Assembly (NCBI GenBank): GCA_015486235.1
Contig: WFSD01000163.1
Coordinates: forward strand, 1 to 39,875
Reading direction: 5' to 3'
Source of the DNA: Anaerolineae bacterium
Lineage (GTDB): Bacteria > Chloroflexota > Anaerolineae > S016-19
DNA length: 39,875 nt
Below are positions 18,867 through 28,590 of the stretch, piece after piece. The stretch's first letter is position 1. Each line of letters starts with the position of its first letter. The notes beneath the pieces are model-generated. The model had not been told where the DNA came from and searched no databases. It saw only the letters and a list, made by a program, of their open reading frames with translations. The position numbers were made by a program, and so were the translations under genes.

Positions 18867-19490
18867 CTATTCAGTCATCAATACGACTCTGGCGGGAGCT
18901 CCGTCACTGCCAGCGATTTTCAGAGGAAGACACGCGAGGTTGTAATTTCCTGGTTCCACGCTATCGAGCGCGAGCCCTTCGACGATAATGACGCCCGTAT
19001 CGAGGAGTATCCGGTGAACCGAGCCATCGCCGTCGGTAGCCTCGATCGAGAGGGCGTCGATCCCTACCAGACGAATCCCACGCGAGAGCACCCATTCGGC
19101 GGCGTCGGGTGTCAACGCTACGAAATCCTCCCGGAACGCATCACTGCTCCCGATCCAGGAACTGTTATCGGTCTTCAGGAGCAAGCGTGACGTGCCCGGA
19201 GGTATTCCGGCATTCTGGAGCGATGCGGCATCCACCGCTTTCACACCCTTGAGATCGGCCACGTAACACGGGCCTGCGAGCACTTCCAGCGGAAGAGCAT
19301 CTGCGCCTGCACCACTCCGGGAAATGTGGCGCGGCGGGTCGACATGTGTACCGGTGTGGGTACCCATGCACAGCCGAGAAACGTAGAATCCTTCTTCAGC
19401 AATCTCCGGGATCCCTTCCAATTCCACAGTCGGGTCGCCGGGCCACACCACCATGCCAGGGCGTATCGTCAACGTTATGTCCAGGATCAT
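18867..19490 (-). CDS. Cyclase family metal-dependent hydrolase (kynurenine formamidase KynB-like)
   Basis: VWPGDP, HTGTHVDPPRH, GIDALS, H.ILL...IVEGL and LPLKI.GSDGAPARV motifs. Confidence 0.88.
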   Translation of the reverse strand: MILDITLTIRPGMVVWPGDPTVELEGIPEIAEEGFYVSRLCMGTHTGTHVDPPRHISRSGAGADALPLEVLAGPCYVADLKGVKAVDAASLQNAGIPPGTSRLLLKTDNSSWIGSSDAFREDFVALTPDAAEWVLSRGIRLVGIDALSIEATDGDGSVHRILLDTGVIIVEGLALDSVEPGNYNLACLPLKIAGSDGAPARVVLMTE

Positions 19491-19491
19491 G

Positions 19492-20403
19492 CTATGACCT
19501 CCATTCACGCCGACTTTCCAGCAGGTACATGCCGCGTGGTGGATTGCCCCGACGGAAAATATAATCCACCACTTCGTACCCCGTGCTGAAAGCCGCTTTC
19601 ATGATCTCCCTCGTGTGTAACCGCCACGCCAGGGCAAGCTCCATGTCCTGCTCTTTCAATGCCTGGAAATCGGGCGGAATTTCCACCAATGCTGGCTCGT
19701 CCGGAGCGTTTTGTGGAAGACTCCAGGATTCGGCCGGGCGCGGTGCCCCATCTTTCCAGGAAGCCGGGTTGATTAGCGCGGCGCCAGAGCCCAGAGCTTC
19801 CTCCCAGGTAGGTGGCTGCTCCTCGCCAGACACTCTCCGGGCGACCCGCTCGCTGGCAATCCACCAATCCACCTGGAATCTGTCCGTTGGCAGGCCTGCG
19901 TATATTCCGGGCATGTCACCATACGCGTCCTCGATGTACATGTGGCTGACTGCCCCAAGCCGGGCGATGTTCAGATGGGCATTCTTGCTGAAAAGCGGGT
20001 CATAAGTCCAGACGACCCAGTCGAGCCCCAGGTTCAGGACGAATTCCCGTTGCGCAAGCTTCAGCCGGTAGCCAATCCTTTTGCTCTGGTATCTCGGCAG
20101 GACTCCCATCATGTCGGAGTAAAATCGGAAGGCCAGCTTGCCGCCTGCTTCTCCGGGCGGGACGATGACGGGATATCCAAAAAGCCATCCAACAAGGGTC
20201 TTCCCGTCGAGAGAGGTAGGCCCATCTTCCACTCCCTCGAGGAATGCCCCATAGTTCATGGCGTTTCCTTCGTTCTGGATGCTGAGGAGAAAGTGAGTTG
20301 GCATCACCTCTCGATCGGTAAAGCGCCAGACCATTTTCTGCAATTCTTCACAGGCGTAGAATTCTTCATAGCTTTCGAGTTGCTTGAGTGTCAGGCTTGC
20401 CAC
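19492..20403 (-). CDS. GNAT-superfamily acyltransferase (COG3375-like)
   Basis: SDMMGVLPRYQSKRIGYRLKLAQRE, WTYDPL..NAHLNIARLGA and PTDRF.V.W motifs. Confidence 0.78.
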   Translation of the reverse strand: MASLTLKQLESYEEFYACEELQKMVWRFTDREVMPTHFLLSIQNEGNAMNYGAFLEGVEDGPTSLDGKTLVGWLFGYPVIVPPGEAGGKLAFRFYSDMMGVLPRYQSKRIGYRLKLAQREFVLNLGLDWVVWTYDPLFSKNAHLNIARLGAVSHMYIEDAYGDMPGIYAGLPTDRFQVDWWIASERVARRVSGEEQPPTWEEALGSGAALINPASWKDGAPRPAESWSLPQNAPDEPALVEIPPDFQALKEQDMELALAWRLHTREIMKAAFSTGYEVVDYIFRRGNPPRGMYLLESRREWRS

Positions 20404-20465
20404 TGAGTACGCTCCTTAGATGCTCACAGTGTTGACATCGGGAAAATGCATTTCCAATATCCTGA

Positions 20466-20490
20466 GTAGGGGCAGGACTTGTGCCTGCCC
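20466..20490 (+). repeat. GTAG-type REP palindrome
   Basis: GTAG-GGGCAGG-ACTTGTG-CCTGCCC. Confidence 0.7.
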
Positions 20491-20517
20491 AGAGATGCAA
20501 CATCTGTTCGGCGGGTC

Positions 20518-21072
20518 TCAGGCCGCTCCCGGCCCAACGATTTCATCCGGGGTCGTGCTTGCCCCTCGCATCAGGTGACCTTCCTCAGCGTGGGGCGAAT
20601 CCTGCAGAAGCTCCACCGCATGAGGCAATGCAGGTAAAATCACCTCCAGGTTCTCCCGAACCGCCTTGGGGCTGCCAGGCAGATTCACGATGAGAGTACG
20701 TCCGCGAATGCCGGAAACGCCCCTGCTGAGCATGGCATGGGGACTAACCCGTAGGCTGGCCGCACGCATCGCTTCGGACAAGCCTGGCGCTTCCTTCTCG
20801 ATCACATCGCGCGTCGCCTCCGGCGTAACATCCCTGGAGGCAAAGCCAGTGCCGCCAGTGGTGACCACCAGGTCGAGATGATCGTCGTCGGCCCAGCGCC
20901 GCAGAACCGCAGCGATCTCGTCACGCTCGTCCGGCACCACGGCAAACCGAACCACCTCCGCCCCCAGCCTTTCACGAAGCATCTCCACCACCAGCGGCCC
21001 GGACCGGTCCTCCCGCTCCCCGCGAGAAGACCTGTCGCTTACCGTCAACACGCCTGCTCTCACTTCGATCAT
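20518..21072 (-). CDS. mog: Molybdopterin adenylyltransferase, MogA/MoaB family
   Basis: LTVSD, DRSGP, VPDE, TTGGTG..RDVTPEAT, SRGVSG and NLPGSPKA motifs. Confidence 0.88.
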   Translation of the reverse strand: MIEVRAGVLTVSDRSSRGEREDRSGPLVVEMLRERLGAEVVRFAVVPDERDEIAAVLRRWADDDHLDLVVTTGGTGFASRDVTPEATRDVIEKEAPGLSEAMRAASLRVSPHAMLSRGVSGIRGRTLIVNLPGSPKAVRENLEVILPALPHAVELLQDSPHAEEGHLMRGASTTPDEIVGPGAA

Positions 21073-21240
21073 CGTTCCACCTCTCGCCGATGTCCCGACG
21101 GCATCCCAGGTGCAGACAGGGAATCCGACGTTAAAAATGTCAGTAGGCCACACGAAATAAGGGCGTTCGAAAACTCCATTTATCATAAGTGCCGAATGAA
21201 TTGGTGACGCTCAAAACCGGTGGGATGGCGCTGCTTTTGG

Positions 21241-21292
21241 CCCTCACCTACCCCAACCCCTCCCTCTCCCGCTGGCGCAGGCGAGGGAAGGG
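21241..21292. repeat. CCCTCACC..CCCTCTCCC-type palindromic element
   Basis: Pyrimidine-rich arm CCCTCCCTCTCC pairs imperfectly with GGCGAGGGAAGGG. Confidence 0.5.
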
Positions 21293-21351
21293 CTGACAGC
21301 GGCTGCTTGCGAGCGCTTGCTCTTTCCAAACGGAGAAAGAGCTGCATAGGC

Positions 21352-21404
21352 TTGTAGGGCGGACTGTTAGTCCGCCCTTGCGAGCCAGACGGCTCGCCCT
21401 ACAA
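21352..21404. repeat. Inverted doublet of GTAG REPs (REPIN-like)
   Basis: TTGTAGGGCG...CGCCCTACAA termini; internal hairpins GGCGGACT-GTT-AGTCCGCC and GCGAGCC-AGAC-GGCTCGC. Confidence 0.75.
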
Positions 21405-21420
21405 TTCCTGCTGACCCCAA

Positions 21421-21452
21421 ATCAAATAGGCACCACGTCGTACCGTGGTGCC
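21421..21452 (-). terminator. Intrinsic terminator downstream of rpsI
   Basis: 9-bp stem GGCACCACG/CGTGGTGCC followed on the minus strand by TATTTGATTT. Confidence 0.6.
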
Positions 21453-21470
21453 CATTGGAAAGCTACCGCC

Positions 21471-21597
21471 TCACCGCAGAGCCCGCATAGCAAATCAACG
21501 AACGAATCAGCAAAACGAATTGCTCCGGGAGAATCTTATCGTTGATTCGCTTGATCGCCCATTCGCTGGTTTTGAACCTCCTCGTTCTCGGCGGTGA
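21471..21597. repeat. Nested palindromic element copy 1 (octamer arms)
   Basis: TCACCGCAGAGCCC...CTCGGCGGTGA shell; RCGAATCA-type arms and inverse TGATTCGC arms. Confidence 0.9.
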
Positions 21598-21625
21598 ACC
21601 CTTTCAATCAGATCTGCCCCAGAAA

Positions 21626-22018
21626 TTACCGCTTGGTGTACTGTGGCGCCTTGCGGGCCCGCTTGAGACCGTATTTCTTCCGCTCTTTCATGCGGGCATC
21701 CCTTGTGAGGAAGCCACCTGCCCGCATCACAGACCGCAGATCCTCGTCCATTTCGACGAGGGCTCTGGCAAACCCATGAGCAACAGCACCTGCCTGGCCG
21801 GTGATACCACCCCCCTTGACCACCACAGTTACGTTGAGCTTGTCCTCCATGCCAGCGGCTTTCAGAGGAGCCATCACGGTGATCAGGTCCACCGAACGGG
21901 TAAAATACTCCTCCACCGGCTTGTTGTTGACCACGATTCTCCCCTCGCCGGGGTACAGCCTCACCTGAGCGTTAGCGGTCTTCCGCCTGCCAACCGCATA
22001 GTTGTAACGAACTGACAT
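21626..22018 (-). CDS. rpsI: 30S ribosomal protein S9
   Basis: GRRKTA, GGGITGQAGA and LTRDARMKERKKYGLKRARKAPQYTKR. Confidence 0.98.
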   Translation of the reverse strand: MSVRYNYAVGRRKTANAQVRLYPGEGRIVVNNKPVEEYFTRSVDLITVMAPLKAAGMEDKLNVTVVVKGGGITGQAGAVAHGFARALVEMDEDLRSVMRAGGFLTRDARMKERKKYGLKRARKAPQYTKR

Positions 22019-22030
22019 CAACTCCTCCCT

Positions 22031-22459
22031 TTATAAGTCCAAAGGTTCAGGCCTCTGCGCTTTATGCGGATGATCCGGCCCCGCATATACTTTCAGCTTC
22101 TTCGACATCTCCCGCCCGAGGCGATTCTTGGGCAACATTCCCCGCACGGCGAACTCCACGGCCCGCTCCGGGTGCCTCTGCAGCAGGTCCCGAAGGCTGA
22201 CCGCCTTGAGACCGCCCGGATAGCCGGAATGCCTGTAGTAGATTTTCTGCGTAAGCTTTCTGCCCGTCACGTGAATCTTCTCCGCGTTTACGACGATCAC
22301 ATAATCCCCGGTGTCCACATGTGGGGAGAAAATCGGTTTGTTCTTGCCGCGCAAAATCCTGGCGATCTCGCTGGCAAGGCGGCCAAGCGTCTTCCCCTGA
22401 GCATCCACCACGTACCACTTACGCTTTATGTCCCCCGGCTTAGGTGTGTATGTACGCAC
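22031..22459 (-). CDS. rplM: 50S ribosomal protein L13
   Basis: [34 protein letters not shown] and GMLPKN. Confidence 0.98.
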   Translation of the reverse strand: MRTYTPKPGDIKRKWYVVDAQGKTLGRLASEIARILRGKNKPIFSPHVDTGDYVIVVNAEKIHVTGRKLTQKIYYRHSGYPGGLKAVSLRDLLQRHPERAVEFAVRGMLPKNRLGREMSKKLKVYAGPDHPHKAQRPEPLDL

Positions 22460-23252
22460 TCCTATTTCCCTCCTTCAACCCCGGAACCGTAAACTCCAGC
22501 TCCGGCGGATATTCAACTCTCACAAGGCAAAGCCCCCGGGACGGCGCTGGTGGCCCCGAGCGAGAAATATCCGGCCTGTCCAGCAGTTCAGCCATTTCCT
22601 CCGGAGCCCGCATGCCCTGCCCGACTTCCAGCATCGTCCCTACCAGACGACGCACCATCTTTCGTAGAAAAGCGTTCGCCGTTATCCAGAACTCCACTTC
22701 GTTTCCCCGAGTCGCCCATTCCGCCCGATGGATGGTGCGGATTCGATTCTCTCCCTGGGGCGGGTGCCCGAACCCACCGAAATCATGGGTACCCTGGATC
22801 GCCTCTGCCGCCCTCGACATCTTGTCCACATCCAGCGGATGCTCAAGATAAGCCGAGAATCTCCTGCGCAACGGCGACCGCCACGGAGCGTTCCAAATGC
22901 GATAGACGTAAGTCCTGCTCACGGCGCTGAACCGTGGGTGAAACCCTTCCGGTGCCTCTGCCAAAGCCAAAACAGATATGTCCTTCGGAAGAATCGCATT
23001 CAATGCCCGCTGCAGCCTTTGGCCATCCTCTTTCCACCTCAATGGGAAGGAGATTACCTGACCACAGGCATGGACCCCGGCATCGGTACGTCCTGCCCCA
23101 ACCACCCTGACATGACTCCCTGCCAGCCTGGTCAAAGCCGCTTCCAGCGCGCCCTGCACCGTAGGCACATCCGCCTGCACCTGGAATCCAAAGTACTCGG
23201 TGCCGTCATATTCCACTACCGCCCGCCACATAGCGGGCCCTGCAACACCCAT
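22440..23252 (-). CDS. truA: tRNA pseudouridine(38-40) synthase
   Basis: [23 protein letters not shown] and FLRKMVR; start uncertain (23255, 23252 or 23231). Confidence 0.95.
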   Translation of the reverse strand: MGVAGPAMWRAVVEYDGTEYFGFQVQADVPTVQGALEAALTRLAGSHVRVVGAGRTDAGVHACGQVISFPLRWKEDGQRLQRALNAILPKDISVLALAEAPEGFHPRFSAVSRTYVYRIWNAPWRSPLRRRFSAYLEHPLDVDKMSRAAEAIQGTHDFGGFGHPPQGENRIRTIHRAEWATRGNEVEFWITANAFLRKMVRRLVGTMLEVGQGMRAPEEMAELLDRPDISRSGPPAPSRGLCLVRVEYPPELEFTVPGLKEGNRSAYIHT

Positions 23253-23632
23253 CACTCCTCGGACACCAACTCGAGCAAGACCATTTCCGCCGCATCCCCT
23301 TGCCTGCGGCCCACTTTCACGATCCTGGTGTAACCGCCAGGCCTGGAGATGTAGCGTGGAGCGATCTCGCCAAACAGTTTCTTGACGGCCGCTTTGTTCC
23401 CAAGGCGGGAGTACGCCAGCCTTCTGGCGTGAACGCCATAGGCATCTCCCTTGCTCAAACTGCGCTTCGCAAGAGTAATCAGCTTCTCGGCATTTCCACG
23501 AACCGCTTTGGCCTTGGCTTCTGTAGTATTTATCCTCTCATGTTCGAAAAGCTGGATAATCAAATTCCGGAACAGCGACTTGCGATGTCCCATGTCCCGA
23601 TTCAGCTTCCTACTGGCTATACGATGCCTCAC
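23252..23632 (-). CDS. rplQ: 50S ribosomal protein L17
   Basis: (M)RHRIASRKLNR, TTEAKAK and RPGGYTRI; GTG start with GGAGG RBS. Confidence 0.97.
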   Translation of the reverse strand: MRHRIASRKLNRDMGHRKSLFRNLIIQLFEHERINTTEAKAKAVRGNAEKLITLAKRSLSKGDAYGVHARRLAYSRLGNKAAVKKLFGEIAPRYISRPGGYTRIVKVGRRQGDAAEMVLLELVSEE

Positions 23633-23807
23633 CTTACAAACCTCCGATAACATCTCAAGGGTCTGAGAGCAGATAGTGGAGAACCGCCACAAAGGGCCAG
23701 TCCCTCATCGCCTCTATTCTCCCGTTCCATCTCCATGTACCCCTTTGTGAGCACCATCCGCTAACCGGGTCTCGTCCTTCTGGGGCTCTGCAAAAGTCCA
23801 GAACGGA

Positions 23808-24812
23808 TCACACTTTCTTTTCTTCCTCCACCACAATGCCCATGTCGTCCAAGGCATCGCGGGGCACGTACTTCAGGTAGTCCTTTTCTTTCAACTGATT
23901 TACCAGCTCTTCCAGCGACTTGTCCCCGAAGTTCCGGATGGAGGTCATAGCCTTGCGCCCCTCTGCCATGCGCTCCAGAACAGGCCCGACCGCCAGCAGG
24001 TTGCTCCGCTTCAAAGCATTGAAAGCCCTCATGCTGAGGCCCAGGTGCTCCACCGGTTCGTTATAGACGCTATCCGGTATGCGAGAAGGAACACTCGGCT
24101 TCGCTTCTGCCTCCTCCTCGACATGGACGGCCGCCTCACCCCCTATGAGTACCAGGTGACGGATTAGAATGGCCGCGGATTCCTTCAGCGCCGCATGAGG
24201 CTTCATGGTACCGTCGGTCCAGATTTCCAGGCTCAACTCGTCGTAGTTTGTCATGCGTCCAATGCGTGTTGGAGTAACCTTATACTCCACCTTCCGCACA
24301 GGGCTAAAAATGGCATCCACCGGTATCTCCCCGATGGATGTCTTCCGCTCCTGAGCCGGAGAATACCCGCGCCCTTCCTCAACGATAAACTCCAGATCGA
24401 AATCCGCCTCCGGAGAATCCACCGTCAGGATTTCCTGTTCCGGGTTCACTATGGTGATCTCCGGCGGGGTTCTGAGGTCGCCAGCAGTCAGCACACCCTC
24501 ACCTCTGACCTCGGCATAGATACGGAAAGGACCTTCAGTCTCAGGGGCTACTCTCATCCTGACCTGTTTCACGTTCAGGATGAGCCCCATGACATCCTCG
24601 CGAGCGTAAGGGATTGTCGTGAACTCGTGATGCACGCCTTCGATGCGCATCCGGGTTATAGCCGCGCCGGGCAGGGACGAAAGCAACACCCTGCGGAGGG
24701 CATTCCCCAAAGTCACCCCATATCCCCGCTCCAGGGGCGAGATCAGGAAACGCCCATGCTTTTGCGTGGCGACATCTGTTTCGATTTTCGGCAAGACCAC
24801 ATTTATAGCCAC
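23808..24812 (-). CDS. rpoA: RNA polymerase subunit alpha
   Basis: PLERGYGVTLGNALRRVLLSS, DAIFSPV and IRNFGDKSL. Confidence 0.98.
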   Translation of the reverse strand: MAINVVLPKIETDVATQKHGRFLISPLERGYGVTLGNALRRVLLSSLPGAAITRMRIEGVHHEFTTIPYAREDVMGLILNVKQVRMRVAPETEGPFRIYAEVRGEGVLTAGDLRTPPEITIVNPEQEILTVDSPEADFDLEFIVEEGRGYSPAQERKTSIGEIPVDAIFSPVRKVEYKVTPTRIGRMTNYDELSLEIWTDGTMKPHAALKESAAILIRHLVLIGGEAAVHVEEEAEAKPSVPSRIPDSVYNEPVEHLGLSMRAFNALKRSNLLAVGPVLERMAEGRKAMTSIRNFGDKSLEELVNQLKEKDYLKYVPRDALDDMGIVVEEEKKV

Positions 24813-24906
24813 CAGATACCTCCTGGCCTGATGCTACTGACACCACCCACCAAAGCCAGTTGGAAGTCATAATTCCAACCCCCACCTCGGTGCGCCAAGC
24901 GTAACA

Positions 24907-25542
24907 TCAGCGGCTGTAGTATTCCACAATCAACTGCTCGTTGACGGGTACATCTATTTGCTCCCGAGAAGGATAATCCAGCACCTTTCCGCTCATAGAC
25001 TCGGCATCCAGGGAAAGCCATTCGGGCACGCCGCGCTCCCCAAGTTTCTCAGCCAGGGATTTGAAATGAGTTTTCTTCCGGCTGGAAGGGAGAACGGTGA
25101 CCACGTCGCCCGCTTTCACCAGATAGGATGGGATATTCACCTTGCGACCGTTGACGGCAATATGGCCATGCCTTACGATCTGCCTGCCCTCGGATCGAGA
25201 TCTCGCCAGGCCGAGACGATATACCACGTTGTCCAGGCGCCGCTCCAGCAAGATCAAAAGCATAGCGCCGGTCATGCCTTTCTTCTTCTGTGCCTGCCGG
25301 AAATACCGGCGGAACTGCCGCTCCAGGACGCCGTAAATCCGGCGAGCTTTCTGCTTCTCACGGAGCTGGCGGCCGAAGTCGGAGATTTTCCTACGCCTGC
25401 CTGCCCCTCTCTTGCCGTGCTCCCCAGGCGGGTAGTTGCGCTTGTCCAACGGGCAGTTGGTGAAGCACTTCTCGCCTTTCAAAAATAATTTCTCGCCCTC
25501 GCGACGGCACAGCTTGCACACTGCTCCGGTATAACGCGCCAT
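24907..25542 (-). CDS. rpsD: 30S ribosomal protein S4 (Cys-containing N-terminus)
   Basis: [29 protein letters not shown] and IVEYYSR. Confidence 0.98.
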   Translation of the reverse strand: MARYTGAVCKLCRREGEKLFLKGEKCFTNCPLDKRNYPPGEHGKRGAGRRRKISDFGRQLREKQKARRIYGVLERQFRRYFRQAQKKKGMTGAMLLILLERRLDNVVYRLGLARSRSEGRQIVRHGHIAVNGRKVNIPSYLVKAGDVVTVLPSSRKKTHFKSLAEKLGERGVPEWLSLDAESMSGKVLDYPSREQIDVPVNEQLIVEYYSR

Positions 25543-25628
25543 CTTCTCTCCTCGTCAAACTCCAGGTAGCACCACACACCACCGCGGTGCTGACTCCTCT
25601 TCTTCAATAACTGTTCAGGGGTAATTTA

Positions 25629-25751
25629 TCACCGCAGAGCCCGCATAGCGAATCAACGAATGAACAAATCAGCGAGACGAACTGCTCCGGGGGAATCTTA
25701 TCGCTGATTCGCCCATTCGCTGGTTTTGAACCTTCGCTTCCTCGGCGGTGA
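25629..25751. repeat. Nested palindromic element copy 2 (octamer arms), between rpsK and rpsD
   Basis: Closely similar to 21471-21597 including the TGCTCCGGG.GAATCTTATCG core. Confidence 0.9.
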
Positions 25752-25790
25752 GAATTACCTCGTCCTCGCTGCTGGCATACTTTCCAACGA

Positions 25791-26192
25791 TCAAACACGC
25801 CGCTTCTTGGGTGGCCTGCAGCCGTTATGGGGGATGGGGGTCACATCCGTGATAGACCGAACCGACATCCCCGCGGCCTGCATAGCCCGTATAGCAGCCT
25901 CACGCCCCGGGCCAGGGCCCTTGACGTACACATCCACTTCCTGCACACCAAAGGACCCTGCATCTTTCACGATCCGCTGGGCGGCCAACTGAGCCGCGTA
26001 GGGTGTACTCTTGCGGGCCCCTTTGAACCCCACCGACCCAGCACTGACCCATGTCAGCGCATCCCCTTCCTGGTCGGTCAGCGTTATGATCGTATTGTTG
26101 AAAGTCGCCTGGATGTGCGCTTGAGCTCGAGGCACCAGCCTTTTCTCTCGACGCTTTCCACGACGAGAAGCCCCCCTTTTTTGTCTGGCCAT
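25791..26192 (-). CDS. rpsK: 30S ribosomal protein S11
   Basis: [20 protein letters not shown] and [18 protein letters not shown]. Confidence 0.98.
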   Translation of the reverse strand: MARQKRGASRRGKRREKRLVPRAQAHIQATFNNTIITLTDQEGDALTWVSAGSVGFKGARKSTPYAAQLAAQRIVKDAGSFGVQEVDVYVKGPGPGREAAIRAMQAAGMSVRSITDVTPIPHNGCRPPKKRRV

Positions 26193-26273
26193 AATACCTC
26201 CTGATGATCTACATTTCTCCGTCGGTTTCCGTAACCGTTCAGCCTGATAGCATCTTTTCTAAGATGGGCTTTC

Positions 26274-26389
26274 TCACCGCAGAGTCCGCCACAACGAATC
26301 AACGAATGAGCGGATCGGTGGAACGGACCGCTCAAGGGAAGTTTCACCGCTGATTCGCCGGTTTTGACTCTCCGCTCTCTCGGCGGTGA
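26274..26389. repeat. Nested palindromic element copy 3, between rpsM and rpsK
   Basis: TCACCGCAGAG..ACGAATCAACGAATGA..TGATTCGC..CTCGGCGGTGA. Confidence 0.88.
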
Positions 26390-26402
26390 ATATCCTTCGA
26401 GA

Positions 26403-26786
26403 TCATTTCTTCCCGCGAGCCCTCTTCCGCCCAGGCACTGTCTTGCGCGGGCCGCGACGCGTGCGGGCATTGGTACGGGTTCGCTGCCCACGCACCGGCA
26501 GGTCGTGGCGATGACGCACCCCTCGGTAGCTTCCAATCTCGATCAACCGCTTGATGTTCATAGTGATCTCACGCCTCAGATCACCCTCGACCCTGTAATT
26601 CCGGTCGATAAACTCCCTCAGGCGGGCAATTTCCGACTCGGCGAGGTCCTTCACCCGGGTATCGGGGCTGATTCCCGTCCCTTGCAGGATCTCTCGGCTA
26701 CGAGAAGATCCAATACCGTAGATGTACGTGAGAGCTGCCTCTACCCGCTTGTCGCGAGGCAGATCAACGCCAGCTATACGAGCCAT
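26403..26786 (-). CDS. rpsM: 30S ribosomal protein S13
   Basis: [18 protein letters not shown] and [15 protein letters not shown]. Confidence 0.98.
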   Translation of the reverse strand: MARIAGVDLPRDKRVEAALTYIYGIGSSRSREILQGTGISPDTRVKDLAESEIARLREFIDRNYRVEGDLRREITMNIKRLIEIGSYRGVRHRHDLPVRGQRTRTNARTRRGPRKTVPGRKRARGKK

Positions 26787-26807
26787 AAACCGACCTCCTC
26801 TTTGTCG

Positions 26808-26921
26808 TTACCCCTGCCGCTGCTTGTGCTTGGGATTCTCACATATCACGTATACCTTCCCATGCCTGCGGACGATTTTACATTTATCACACATCTTCTT
26901 CACAGAAGGTCGCACCTTCAT
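26808..26921 (-). CDS. rpmJ: 50S ribosomal protein L36 (Zn-ribbon type)
   Basis: [37 protein letters not shown] with GGAGG RBS. Confidence 0.98.
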   Translation of the reverse strand: MKVRPSVKKMCDKCKIVRRHGKVYVICENPKHKQRQG

Positions 26922-26979
26922 GATAACCTCCTCTTTTGATAATTGTTTAAGCGATGGCAGCCATTCCGGCAGAGCCTCC

Positions 26980-27112
26980 TCACCGCAGAGCCCGCCGCAA
27001 CGAATCAACGAACGAGCGAATCAGCGAAACGAACCGCCCCAGGGAAGTCCCACCGATGATTCGCTTGATTCGCCGATTCGCTGATTTCGACTCCCTGCAT
27101 GCTCAGCGGTGA
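26980..27112. repeat. Nested palindromic element copy 4, between map and rpmJ
   Basis: TCACCGCAGAGCCC..ACGAATCA/GCGAATCA..(GATTCGC)x3..CTCAGCGGTGA. Confidence 0.88.
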
Positions 27113-27142
27113 ATCCTTCTCCCCGTCCGCGCTGCCTGAACG

Positions 27143-27889
27143 CTACTTCGTAAAAATCTCCGGCCCGTTCTCGGTGATGGCGATGGTATGCTCGAAATGG
27201 GCAGAAAGGCTGCCATCGGCGATGACCACCGTCCAGCCATCTTCGAGAACGCGGGTTTCGTAGGAACCGGCAGAAACCATAGGCTCTATGGCTATGGTCA
27301 TCCCCGGCCGCAGCCGCACCCCCGTTCCTGGACGACCGTAGTTCAGCACCTGAGGATCCTCATGCAATTTACGGCCTATCCCGTGCCCGGTGTACTCGCG
27401 GATCACGGCAAACCCGTTGGACTCCACGTAGTTCTGAACGGCCGCAGAGATGTCTCCCAGATGCCCTCCAGCGACGGCGTTCGCTATACCAGCCTCCAGG
27501 CTACCTTTGGTAACGTCCAAGAGACGCTGCGCATCCGGCGAGATCTTCCCCACCGGCAGCGTGATGGCGGCGTCGCCATACCAGCCCTTGTAAATCGAAC
27601 CGACGTCCACCGAGACGATGTCGCTCTCCTTGAGCACCCTCTTGCGAGAGGGTATCCCATGCACCATCTCGGTGTTGATCGAAGCGCATATGGTCGCCGG
27701 GAACCCGGCGTATCCCTTGAAAGCGGGCTTTGCCCCTTCTCTGGCGATAATCTTCTCCGCCAAATCGTTGAGCTCCGCCGTGCTCACCCCTGGTTTGACG
27801 GCATCCCGCATGGCGTCCAGCACCATGCCCACGATGTGCCCTGCATGGCGCATCAATTCCAGCTCATACTTAGCTTTAAGGACAATCAT
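27143..27889 (-). CDS. map: Methionine aminopeptidase type I
   Basis: CASIN..VHGIP, D.G...GWYGD, GHGIG..LHEDP, EPM and AHFEHT. Confidence 0.97.
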   Translation of the reverse strand: MIVLKAKYELELMRHAGHIVGMVLDAMRDAVKPGVSTAELNDLAEKIIAREGAKPAFKGYAGFPATICASINTEMVHGIPSRKRVLKESDIVSVDVGSIYKGWYGDAAITLPVGKISPDAQRLLDVTKGSLEAGIANAVAGGHLGDISAAVQNYVESNGFAVIREYTGHGIGRKLHEDPQVLNYGRPGTGVRLRPGMTIAIEPMVSAGSYETRVLEDGWTVVIADGSLSAHFEHTIAITENGPEIFTK

Positions 27890-28550
27890 GCGATTTTATG
27901 GCCGCCTCCAAGGCCACCTGAACCCCCTCGATTTCCTGCTCTCCATCTATCTCAACCAGCAAACCGCGCTGGCGATAGTACTCGATCAACGGCGCGGTTT
28001 GCTCAAAATACACCTTGAGGCGATTTTTTGCAACTTCCGGCCTGTCATCCGGACGCTGGTAAAGCTCGCCGCCGCAGATATCACATTTACCCGGCACTTT
28101 CGGCGGGTTGTACAACATATGGTAAACAGCACCACACTGTCGGCATATCCACCGCCCGGAAAGCCTGGCCAAAAGGACTTCATCCGACACCTTGATGTAC
28201 GGCACGAACCGCAGGGAGGTGCCTTTTTCCTTCAAGATATCGTCCAGAGCCCTTGCCTGCGGTATATTCCTGGGGAAACCATCCAGAATCGCCCCTCTGG
28301 CACAATCTGAATGGGAAAGCCGCTCCTGCACCATGCCTATGGTCACCTCATCCGGGACCAACTCCCCTTTCTCCATGTACTGCTTCGCCAGCAGGCCAAG
28401 CTCAGTCTCGCTCTCAAGGTTCCCGCGAAAGATATCCCCGGTGGATACCTGTGGTATCCCCCATTTCTCGCTCAGCATCCGGGCCTGGGTGCCTTTCCCG
28501 GCTCCCGGAGCACCCAACAAAACAAGGAAAAGAGGACTGCCGTCGTCCAT
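27876..28550 (-). CDS. adk: Adenylate kinase (Zn-binding LID)
   Basis: GAPGAGKGTQA, STGDIFR, LDGFPR and CRQC...CDIC. Confidence 0.97.
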   Translation of the reverse strand: MDDGSPLFLVLLGAPGAGKGTQARMLSEKWGIPQVSTGDIFRGNLESETELGLLAKQYMEKGELVPDEVTIGMVQERLSHSDCARGAILDGFPRNIPQARALDDILKEKGTSLRFVPYIKVSDEVLLARLSGRWICRQCGAVYHMLYNPPKVPGKCDICGGELYQRPDDRPEVAKNRLKVYFEQTAPLIEYYRQRGLLVEIDGEQEIEGVQVALEAAIKSHDCP

Positions 28551-28590
28551 TGTTTTCCCCCTGATCTGTCCCAAGACACCCGACACCTGC

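Noticed and set aside
21073-21240. Moco/tungsten riboswitch upstream of mog
   Set aside because: Could not recognise the conserved motif or stems by eye; an Rfam scan would settle it
23633-23807. Long rpoA-rplQ spacer as another element copy
   Set aside because: Contains only a CACAAAGGG/CCCTTTGTG stem, with no TCACCGC shell or periodic arms
26922-27008. N-terminal extensions of rpmJ, and likewise valS, rplR, rplQ, mog, radC and the 16816 ORF, in the ORF track
   Set aside because: Downstream starts have good RBSs or coupling and match family N-termini; some extensions run through repeat elements
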